A DNA stretch of 61,784 bases, filler included, from Sphacelaria rigidula (taxonomy: Eukaryota): assembly GCA_964200075.2 (NCBI GenBank). It is 11 parts of 11 records of this genome, joined end to end, with 100 filler letters (N's around TTAATTAATTAA, not from the genome) between each part and the next. Parts side by side here need not be neighbours in the genome. Positions count along the whole stretch, not along the records: positions 33,758 to 39,283 come from CAXNAA020026620.1; positions 39,384 to 44,909 come from CAXNAA020026621.1; positions 45,010 to 50,534 come from CAXNAA020026622.1; 8 more parts are not named here. The stretch is one strand, 5' to 3'. The notes below the pieces were generated by a model. That model did no database searches and had not been told where the DNA came from. It saw only the letters and a list, made by a program, of their open reading frames with translations. Below are positions 35,065-45,627 of the stretch, one piece after another (positions within the stretch are counted from its first letter, which is position 1; each line of letters starts with the position of its first letter). The translations under genes were made by a program, and so were the position numbers.

Positions 35065-38000
35065 TTTTGTCAAAGGAAATGCCAAGTCGTCAGTTGTGAG
35101 CTCCACCGTCACGGGGAAATCCCGTCCCTTGACCGTCAGCCGCTTTGCCGCCACCGGTGGCCCGTCCTTTCCGAAAGCCGCTATGATCAGCCTAGCTTCG
35201 TCGGTGTTCAGGGCAGGGAAGCCCGACACGTCCGGCGCCCCCAGTTCATACAGATCAGCCTTGATTGATACAATAATCTGCATCAGAAACACACGGGGCA
35301 CATGTGGGACAAAGGTCAGCCAGCCTTGAACGCTACCGTACGTACTCACCAAGGAAGCGTGACATATGGTATCAGGAACAGCCATAGAACGGTATATGGA
35401 AATAGAACGGTATACGCGGCAGCAAAAGGAAACGCAGCATCAGCCTGGGCTGCTAGGACAGCCTGAAAAGACTGGCACGCACACATGAAGACAGGGAGAG
35501 AGAGAGAGTACAGATCAGTCTCCAGCAACGATCGGAGTTTGGGGAAACGTGTTCCTATTTCCTTTCAGAGTGTGAAAAATACACAAAATGTATGTAAGTT
35601 GCGACCAAACAGATTGTCGTCTGTAGATCAAATGTGGCTATCCCGTTGTCTACCTTCCTTCCCTGGTTTCCCATAACCCCTTGTGTACAATGTTTAGCAG
35701 GTACTTGGACAATTGATGCTCCGTCCAGTGTCGCCAAAAACACAATACTTGTACAATTTAGAAATTGGTATGCGGTGGACACATGAGACATACATACAGT
35801 ACATGGAGAGCTATATTTATTCGTCAACGTATATATGACGGAAACATATATACGCACACACACACCATGACACACGATAGAAACATAAATTATTCCCAAA
35901 ACATGATGAAAAAAATCCAACACACAGACTGTTTGCCTACTTGCCCTGGCGATAAGTTCCCCTTCTGATAGTTTCGCATCCTTCGAGAGCTCCTTCTGCT
36001 CCTCCGACTTCAGTCGAGCTTTCTGTGCATTCACACATACATACACCCGCCACCACACCGCGTGCATCCCGCCACCGCGGAGACAGGAATTCCCCGGAGA
36101 AGAAGAGCCACAACCAGGAGAGTTTGTGTTTTTTAATCGCCAAATCCCATCGAACGATCACGCCCCCCGCCCCGTCGCCGTTCCCAAACCAAGAAGACAG
36201 TTGGCGTGGTGTTGTTGTTGATGAAGAGAATAACCGAGGCGAGCCGACAGAAGGAAGGAATCATGGGTGAGACAGATGTGCAGAGAAACACGCCCCGCAA
36301 TCCAATCCGGCGGTTCAGCAGGCGATTTTGTGATTCGTGGAGGAAGACCAGGGTAAGGGTGCAAAGAGAGGGGGAGAGGACAAGCGCAAGAGGAGAGGGC
36401 CCGGGAGAGCAACAGCCACGAAAGGCGAAAGCAACAGGGGAATTGAAAAAAGCGGCGCGTTTGTGTTTGAACGGCGAGAATTCAACACTCCTTTGATACA
36501 CAATGTTTTGTTCATTTGAAATGGGCCACCGCGCACATCACTATAATAATTTAGTACTGTACATCAGTACCGTACCTTACCGTACCGTATCGTACCGTTT
36601 TACGACCCTCCTCCAATGATATCACACAGGAATGAAAGTATGATGGATACCACTTGCTTGAGCTCCGCACTTTATCGCGTTGTGATTGTGGTTGTGATCG
36701 TCGTCATCGTCACAGTTGTCGTTGTATGTGGTATTGTTAACGTTGCAGTGGTGACGGGTCATTTTCTTGTTTTACATTCCAAGCGCCGAAGCGGGGCCGA
36801 CTGTCGCAAACCAGTTTCATCACCTGTATATGGAGGCGGTATTTTGGAAGGTTAGGCGTCGAGAGAAGATGCACCTCGTGTGTCATGATGCCGAAACGTG
36901 GAGGATGAGTTAGTTCGTACAGATGTGTGTCGAAGCGACAGGCTCGGTGTCGCCAGGCGCTGAGGGCGCTGTGTGAGTTAAAACAGTGGTCATCAAAATG
37001 GCCAAGTTTACTTTTATATTTCATGCCTTGGGTGAGGACAACTACGAAGGGTAAAATATCAAATCGGCGAGGAGGCAGTCACGGATCCTGCCGACTGTTT
37101 CATGATGCTTCGCTCGCTCATGGATGAATGCTCGACGATACACAGCTGACATGCACCGTTTGGAATCCATTACATTGTATATCTGAGGGCACTGGGCTCC
37201 ACACTGCCGCTTCAACTCGAGCGACAGGTCGACGTGCAGATTCTCTCGCGCGAACTGTGGGTCCTGCCAAGGACCGCTGCAAAGCTACCTGGCGAGCGGC
37301 TATGTCCCCTTATAGGCAGTACCAAGACTCCTGGTAAAGGCATCATGTCAATGTGATACTCATGGAGGTGGTGGCTGTGGTATTTTTCTCCCAGTATCAA
37401 GTTAGAAAAAAGTGGCACCAGGTTTGTACGTGAATTCTCCGGTGATCTAGTCATTTCCACTTCATGTAGCTGTCGCGGAGTAGTCCATCATTCAACAAAG
37501 TGACGTTATGTTACGATGCACAGAGTGGCGCCTGCAGCTCTGAGAACACAGTACTAATTCAAATGAAGTCCTGGTAAGGGACACATTATGAGTAGCAACC
37601 GCTTGCGATCCGCGCCGTGACGTTTCTTCTGCACCGTGCTGATTCCTCCACAGTGGTACCGTGCCTGTGGCGCCAGCTGTCCATCCTAATCGTGATAACC
37701 CCTCTCCCCACGATGGTTTCTTCCCTGGGTGTCAAAAAACTGATTCCGTGGGGTACGACTACCTTAACTGGAGCACTACCGTCAATAAAAACAAGCCTGC
37801 ATATTATATAGAAGTTAACGATAATGAAAAGCGCCGGTACCGTACTACACTGCCCCACACCACACCACATCGCACCGCACCGCTCCGCACATATTATCAT
37901 GTTTTTCGGATACGAAAGAATGGACCTTGGGCTTACAACGTCGAGAATATCCACCCAAACATATCCACTTTTTTCCTGGGGCATAAGACAGTAAAAAAAA

Positions 38001-38383
38001 ATACACGTCCCTCCACGGCATGGTGTTGTATTTCTCTCTCAAAATCGATACAAGCGCCGTCTGTTGGTCTCTTTCTACTGTCGGCACCGTACTGTTGCGT
38101 ATAACGGTAGAAACAGACCCCAGCGAAAGAAGACCCAGGACACACAGGTTCAATGCACACCTGAGCCTCAGTAGTTTTCTCCACGAGCATCTCCACGGGC
38201 GAAAGCTCCGTTTTTGCCGCGCTTGCTGTCTGGACTGCAACAGCGTTCAGCGGAGAGAGCGCTATTAGCAACGCCGCGGAGGCGCTCACCACAGACTTTT
38301 GCCAACTTTGGCTGCTACTGCTGCCGCCGCCGTCGCCGCCGTTTACCGAGATACCCATGGTGAACGTATTGGTGTGCGATCGC
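35065..38383 (-). CDS. Probable plastid/thylakoid-targeted protein with a CcmI/CycH C-terminal-like segment; partial, exons 38383-38161, 36022-35945, 35277-35065
   Basis: Transit- and lumen-signal-like segment (SAALLIALSPLNAVAVQTASA). The last exon reads LIIAAFGKDGPPVAAKRLTVKGRDFPVTVELTTDDL. The middle intron needs a GC donor. Confidence 0.65.
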
Positions 38384-39927
38384 CTGTGGTATTGATGTAG
38401 TATGGAGAGGGCGGGGGTGGGTGTCAATTCTGGGCCCCCAACAATACAAAAGTCAAAAGTCGTACATGTACAGGCTGGTTCACGTTGATCACCCGGAAAA
38501 CACTCATCGGCAAAACCTCACGCCGTTTGAAGGAGTTAGACCGTGAAATTTTGCACGAATATTCTATGGATAATTACACAACTTTCGAAGTTTTTTCCTT
38601 GTTGACTTTTTTCACCGTTTTTCGGGGGTCCCAGTTTTTGGGGGAAACCTCGACCCGATCGAACCCCCGTGAAACGTAAAGCGGGAACAAATAAAAAAAA
38701 ACGTTCATCCAAAGTTGCGTAATGTTCCAAAGCGCAGTTGTGCAGAATTTCAGAGTCTAACTCCTTAAATCGGCGTGAGATTTTCGCTTTTGTGCGATGA
38801 ACTTTGCCGTGCCGCGGTGAAACCGCAAACTACTTGATTTTAGTACCAAAACGGCGTTTTTGGGCCTTCGTTGACGTGAACATGGAAATTCAAGCATCAG
38901 TTGATCAAGTTTTGCGACGACAATTTTTGGAGCCCATCCTTGGGTTATGCGGAGGCAGATAATTCGCGAAAAAATGAAAAAAAATATCGTAGTGCCGTTT
39001 TTCTGGGGTCTCAGAATGGAGACTACTTCGAAAAACGACTTCGATCCTGTCGGACCCCCGAAAAACGGTGGAAAACTCGAGAAGTAAAAAATATCGTCCG
39101 TAGAAATTTGCATAATCATACATACCATATTTATACAAAGTTTCAGGTTTTAACTCCTAATGACAGCGTGAAAGTTTGCGCGTTTGTGGAGGACGTGGGC
39201 TTGAAACGTGCGACTCCTAACTACTTGGTTTGAGTATAGAAACGTCTTTTGCGGTGAATTTGACGTCAAAAAAAAAAAAATTGNNNNNNNNNNNNNNNNN
39301 NNNNNNNNNNNNNNNNNNNNNNNNNNNTTAATTAATTAANNNNNNNNNNNNNNNNNNNNNNNNNNNNNNNNNNNNNNNNNNNNGGCCAAGGGTCAAACGA
39401 CCAAGGAAACAAAAAAAATTAAACCCCCCCTTCCCCCCCCCCCCCCAAAAGAGTGATATTTTTGGTGTGGTTGCCCCGGATATTTTCACCCTCCGACCGC
39501 GGGTCTGAAGAAAGGGCTGAAACGACTTGTTTAAAAAGGAAGTCTACTTGGCGACGAACAGTCGGAAAGAATGACATGAATAATTTCAACGGTCAAAAGC
39601 TTTTTCAGAAATCCCGGTTCTGTGACAAATGATGGAGCTTGTTTGCGAGTAAGTGACTCATTTTGATTCCTGGCCATATCCCGATTCCACACGCGTGGAT
39701 GCCCCTCTTTTTCCAACAGCAGCTTGTGCTTTTGTCAGTTATTATCCAGGGGGACAGCTGTTGGCATCTGAGCACACACAACAATATACGGCGAATTTTG
39801 CGTAGTCCTCCGACTTGATACGCACACATCGTCCGTCTTACGCGGAACCTGCTATGTGCTCCTTTTTTTCGTTCTTTGGGCCTCTTGCGTCATCCACGTA
39901 ACGTACTTCTAGCTAAAAAAAACATAC

Positions 39928-41183
39928 CAAGGGTAGGTCGAGTAGAGTATACTCAATACTCAGTATTTTTGAACACTCATACTTTTAGTACTCGAAGTTT
40001 GATTAGAGTATTTGAGATCATACTCAACGTACCCAAAATTTGAGTAGAGTATTTGAGGTCGTACTCAACGTACTCAAAATTTGAGTAGAGTAACGAGGTC
40101 ATACTCGAGCGATACTCTATACTCAAGTATTACTGAGAGTGCTTACTCAATATTTGAGTAGAGTATTTGAGGTCGAACTCGATCTACTTGAAATTTTTCA
40201 TAAAGTATTGGAGCCTGTACTCAACGTACTCAAAATTCGGGTAGGGTATTTGAGCCCGTACTCAACGTACTCAAAATTTGAGTAGAGTATTTGAGCCCGT
40301 ACTCTTCGTACTCAAAATTTGGGTAGGGTATTTGAGGCCGTACTCGACCTACTCAAAACCTGAATAGAGTATCGAAGGCCGGGTCCGATGTACCAAAACC
40401 TATAACTTTAACGTCTTCCTTCCTCTGGCGACTGTTGCGATGTTTTCCCGTCTTGCACTGTTTACACCGCTGAGTCACATATGTGGCCAGTAGAGTCGCT
40501 CATTTTGATAGTACCTACTCGACTACTCGTCTATTCGATTACTNNNNNNNNNNCCATAATGATGAGTAGCGCTCTGTACTGAAAGTAATATCGAAGGCGT
40601 TGCGAGGTATCGAGTATGAACTGCCGTGTGTGGGGGCTGGTGAGATGGTGCGCTGGGACAGGTACAGTAGGTTCATTCACCTGCACGCTTTTTTATTTTT
40701 TTATGGCCATCGTTCGCCCATGCATTCAACATAGTCTGTAAAGTGAGGTCACGAAGTCGCCGACGGTCAGGGGTACTCACCATACTCAGGCGATACTCTA
40801 TATTCAAGTATTACCGAGAGTGCTTACTCAATATTTGAGTAGAGTATCTGAGGTCATACTCGATCTACCCAAAAATTTAGTAGAGTATTTGAGGCCGTAC
40901 TCGACGTACTCACAATTTGAGTAGAGCATTTGGGATCATACTCAACGTACTCAAAATTTGAGTAGAGTATCCTGGTCATACTCAAGTGATACTCTATACT
41001 CGAGTATTGCTGAGAGTGCTTACTCAATATTTGAGTAGAGTATTTGAGGTCGTACTCGACGTACTCAAATTTTGAGTAGAGTATTTGAGGCCGTACTCGA
41101 CCTACTCAAACGTCGAGTAGAGTAAATACTTGAGTATTTTACTCGAGTACTCTAAAGTACATACTCTACTCGACCTACCATTG
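39928..41183. mobile_element. hAT-type non-autonomous element (MITE) built largely from 41-bp palindromic repeats
   Basis: 23-bp TIR CAAGGGTAGGTCGAGTAGAGTAT / ATACTCTACTCGACCTACCATTG (1 mismatch). Exact 8-bp TSD AAACATAC at 39920-39927 and 41184-41191. Confidence 0.92.
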
Positions 41184-41315
41184 AAACATACCCCGATGCG
41201 TCCCAACTTGCACCCTGTGTTGTTGAAGTTCTGTAGCCCTTCCTTCTTTTCGTGACTGCTTTTACCGGGTGCGCCGCTTTTTCTTTTTCTTTTTTTCTTT
41301 ATCTCCGAAAATAAG

Positions 41316-44097
41316 GTTCGGTCTGAGGAGTCAAGCTCGGACTCGGAAGGCAGCGACACGTCATCTGCAGGCTTCAACATGATGGGGCTACTGGGTCAAG
41401 CGATGTACGTCTTGATATCCGCAGCTGCTGTGGGCATGGGGTCGGGCTTGCTCATCTCTCGGCTGCTGAAGACCCTCGACATGAAAGAGAGCCCGGTGCG
41501 GCAGACAGCTATCCTCATGCTGGGCGGATACTTATCTTTCAGGCAAGCTGTTTTCTCCACCCTTCTTTGCGTCCCTTACGTTCTTCATTTTTTTCCCTCG
41601 CCCTGTACGAAAACTCTTGGCCGGATGAAGCTCACCCTTGATGCGAGTCGCCTAACACATCACGGCGCTTCGCCTTTGGTGATTGATTGCGAGCCTGGTC
41701 TGGTGAATTCCTGGCGTGCTCCGTCCCGGCTTTGAAGGGGTGCGAGGTCGATGCTCTCATGACTATGACAGGCAAGATCATGAGTTTTCCCCCCTCCCCT
41801 CCCAACGTGAACGAAGATATCATGAAATCGTTTGCAGCATTGGATAGTAGGGAGAAAACAATAGCTATACTAGGAGATGGATGGTGGCCACAGAAAGCGA
41901 AACAGGACGGGGATAAGATATGTCGAAGGTTTTTGTGTAATGCATGGAAGAAACGTTTTGAGCGTCGGAATGTTGGAGATGTCTCTTTTAGGAGTAGGAA
42001 CGGTGCTCCGTCTCAAAAGTAATGCGTGGTCAATGGTCAAACGACGAAGGCAAACAACAAATGAGTACCGTCCCCCCCCACCCCATTTCTTCCCTTCCTC
42101 CGGACGAGTCGTTATTCGCGAGAGAGAGTGAAAGGAACCCAAGTTTCCCCCAAGGTCCGAATCTACCTCCTGACCTGATTTTGTTTTGATGAGGTTCGAT
42201 TGGAACAGCACGCCTGCGCAACCTGTCGACTCTCAGTCGATTTTTGTTGTGCTAATCACGTTTTCACGCTGTCCCTGGTGGAAAATAAGCACATTCTACG
42301 CGGTAAGACCATGTCTGTCGGGGTTCCAACTGGTAGCCTCCCGCTCTGAAGTTTCGGCTGTTTGTGTACTAGATGGACCACTGAGGCACGGGCACGTTGT
42401 GCGGTATCTTGGTCACATTCACCCGATATAATATTTGTTGTTGCAAGGTCGTGATCTATATTCAATACTGTCGTTTGGGGGGGGGGGTTTCTGTTATGTT
42501 TCTCGGAGAGAAAGTGACATGATATATATATATATATATATCCGTTTCGCTCCACGTCACGACTTGAGCTACCCCGAGGATGTCCTATGTTTTTTGTTCT
42601 TGTTTTTCTCATTATGCTTCTCTGTTGTTGCCCCCCTCCCCCTCCCCGCCCGCACGCCGGCCTGCCCCCATCAACACTGAACGCTTTTCATTCCTCTCCC
42701 TAATCAGTTTGAGTGAAGCGTTGGATCTTTCTGGAATCCTTGCCGTGTTTTTCTGCGGGCTAACACTCAGTCACTACGCGTGGCACGCTCTGGGGGATGA
42801 CGCTCGGGTATGTGATGGTATACTTTCAGTTTTGCACGGTGTAAAGTTAAACTTCGATACTGTGGAATAGGTGATTATGTGCACGTGCACATGAGGTATA
42901 CAACTGTACCATGGGAGGTATATGTACGCATGGCCCGCTCTGCGGCATGGCGCACAATTGCGTTGCGAATTTATTAGTAATGCAAAAGTACGAAAGTGGA
43001 TATACCTGTTTTTTAGGTGGCTCGGTACATACACACATAAGGTACAGGTGTATCATGGGATATTCACTCATGATGTGCTCTGGGGAATGACGCACGGTTA
43101 TGTGGTCTCAGTATCAGTATTGAAGATTACAAAATTGGATACCTTTTTCTTCTAGGTAGCTCTGTACGTACACACAAAAGGGGTACATGTGCACCAATGG
43201 GGTGCTGTATGTACGTATGCCATGCTCCGGGAATGATTGCACGGTTTGACGTCATGATATTATTCGTGTTGGGGGCAGGCTTGGATGAATACCTTTACTG
43301 TAGGGCTGCTGTACACATGCACGCAAAAGTTTCCGTACGGTGCTGCGCGGTACAACCACTGTCTGCCTTGTGCGTACCCGCCGAGTTTTCGATAGATATA
43401 TTGGTTCATGCATATTTACTGTGAAGGCTGTTCACTCAAGGATCGGAACTACAGGTTGGTACTAAAAATTAGTCGTCAATCCTGACGCTAACCCCAACTT
43501 AGGCGTACCGAGAACCCTCGGGCAAAGGACGTGCGTGGGGTTCCCTAGGCAAAGCGTGGCGTTTGTAATCCCCAAATCGGCGCCACGAAACCGCGTTCTG
43601 CGCACACTGAGAGCACACGGGACTGTCAAGCCCCACTAAAGATACTCTTCTCGGTGTCCACACTCAAATCAGGTAATGCCAACCATGGAATAGATTATAG
43701 CCCAGCTCCGGTTCACTCTAGTGTTGTTTTCGATATGGTGGATAATGACATGAAAATATATGTAGCACTCCGCTCCCCCCCTCCCTCCCCCCCCTTCCCC
43801 CCTCCGTATTTTGTCGCCAACAACACATAATTTGGTCTACGGCATGCGAGAAACCTAGATATGAACCCACCATGACCACTGATGGGTTGGTGTTGAGGTG
43901 TTTGCCCACGTCTCTCTCTTTCTTGCTTCTCCCCTTTTTAATAAACAGGTTGCGTCTAAGATCACTTCTGAAACGTTGAGCATGATCGCCGAGGCGTACT
44001 GTTTCGCCGCGATCGGGTTGAGCGTACACGAATTTGACGCCAGCCAGTGGTGCTGGGGATTCATCGTGGTGATGATCTTCGTGCTCATGATTGCAAG
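41316..44097 (+). CDS. NHX: Na+/H+ exchanger, CPA1 (NHX/NHE) family; partial, exons 41316-41542, 42708-42807, 43949-44097
   Basis: The spliced product …GYLSFS|LSEALDLSGILAVFFCGLTLSHYAWHALGDDAR|VASKITSETLSMIAEAYCFAAIG… matches the NHX AE..LSGI..VFFCG…SHY.WH motif. Confidence 0.92.
41615..41802 (+). mobile_element. 5'-truncated family A element in an NHX intron
   Basis: Matches the 3' third of 45010-45627 (reverse complement); ends ATCATGAGTTTTCCCCC. Confidence 0.85.
41803..42085 (+). mobile_element. Family B LINE 3' fragment directly following the C tract of the family A copy
   Basis: Encodes DSREKTIAILGDGWWPQKAKQDGDKICRRFLCNAWKKRFERRNVG…RNGAPS; ends AAATGAGTACCGTCCCCCCCC. Confidence 0.85.
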
Positions 44098-44322
44098 GTA
44101 TGGATGGATCATGACATGATCACCGTTACAACGATATAGACACATGTTTTTTTTTTTTTCGTGTAATGCCAGGATATTTGACCATGCTAAAGGTATATAT
44201 GCACATTCGGCGTAGCATTAATGCCGATCTGTAGCGGAAATTATCGGAGGTTTGCAGCTCTAGGTTTCAGCGCGAGGGCGCACGTTTGAACGTACTTGCT
44301 CATCGTCTGATGGGGCTATGTA

Positions 44323-44337
44323 AATATATATATATAC

Positions 44338-44383
<46 letters not shown>

Positions 44384-44390
44384 AGAGATA
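44323..44390. repeat. (TA)n(GA)n microsatellite
   Basis: Direct reading of the sequence. Confidence 0.9.
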
Positions 44391-45009
44391 GGTACCCACC
44401 ATTACATTTGGTTTAAAGTTGTTGTCACAGATTGCGTTTTAATTTGAAGCTGTTGCTACACGACATATTCCAGAGCGCAATCAAATGTGCTATTCTAGGG
44501 GGTATGACACACATTTTGATATTACGACAACTTGATTGATCTATATCATGATATCATAATATCCCCTCTGGCGCCAGACCTCATTTCAGAATAATATCGG
44601 GTAGAACCAACTCTCCACCTAGAGTGGCTCTCGTGTATATGCGAGCACCTCTCCCGATGACAGTATGTATACCGTTCATCAATCACGCTCCATAGTCCCT
44701 TCCCTTGTGCGTACATTATTGAGTCGAAGCGACTGTTTTGGAATTGCTGTCAGTAGTCCAGGGGTGAATGCAAGCAGCGTTTAAGACAGACCGTATGTGC
44801 GGCAACCACGAGCCTGCCGGGAGGCATGTTCGTCTAATCCCGCCAGGCGGGGGGGGGGGGGGGGGGGGGGCGCGCGGGGTCTTCCTGGCCCTAGCCGAAA
44901 GAACAGCGANNNNNNNNNNNNNNNNNNNNNNNNNNNNNNNNNNNNNNNNNNNNTTAATTAATTAANNNNNNNNNNNNNNNNNNNNNNNNNNNNNNNNNNN
45001 NNNNNNNNN

Positions 45010-45627
45010 GGGGGGGGCTCATGATCATGCATGCCATCACCCGCCCGGGGGGGAAGGGGGACTCATGGCCATGCATGTCACAGTCATCAGACCATTGACC
45101 TCGCATCCCTACAACCGGAACGGAACCGGAACGGAGCACGCCGGGTTTTCGCCGGACCAGGCTCGCACTCAATCACCGAGCGCGAAGCGCCGTGGTGTGT
45201 TCGGCGAGTCGCATTAAGGGTGAGCCGCATCCTGCCACGATTTTTCGGCCCGAAGCCTACTGATTTATCTTGCATTTGGATGACAGCTCACAGTGAGTTG
45301 CTTTATTTTCTGATATCGCCACTTTCTGAGAGAGCCACGGCTTATACGCTGCGTCATGGGTGCCTCACCATTGTAACACGACGTGGTACGATCATCTTCA
45401 TTGTGCGGAGTTGAGGTTCTCCCACGCCGACAACATGATCTAGCTCGACCACCATCATGCTTACCGCAAAAAAAAAGGTAATTTGGTTGCCTAGCTTTCG
45501 CAGTGAGTGGCGCGTTTTATAGCGTCATCGCCAACAGACACCAACCCCATCGGAGGTCCGCCCCTACAAAGCCGGGACGGAGCACGCCGGGTTCTCGCCA
45601 GACCAGGCTGACCCGCCCGGGGGGGGG
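45010..45627 (-). mobile_element. Full-length family A non-autonomous element with terminal direct repeats, flanked by G tracts
   Basis: Direct repeat CCCTACAA…GGAGCACGCCGGGTT(T/C)TCGCC(G/A)GACCAGGCT at about 45107-45163 and 45562-45609. The tail is homologous to family B. Confidence 0.88.

Noticed and set aside
39950..41160. Regularly spaced palindromic repeats that superficially resemble a CRISPR array
   Set aside because: There are no unique spacers (the whole 41-bp unit repeats) and no cas genes. The arrays lie within TIRs and an 8-bp TSD in a eukaryotic contig.
45060..45165. Hammerhead ribozyme in the family A tail (CTGATGA and CGAAA on the minus strand)
   Set aside because: Stems I and II cannot be formed around the core, and CTGATGA is not conserved in other copies (CTCATGA, CTCATTA)
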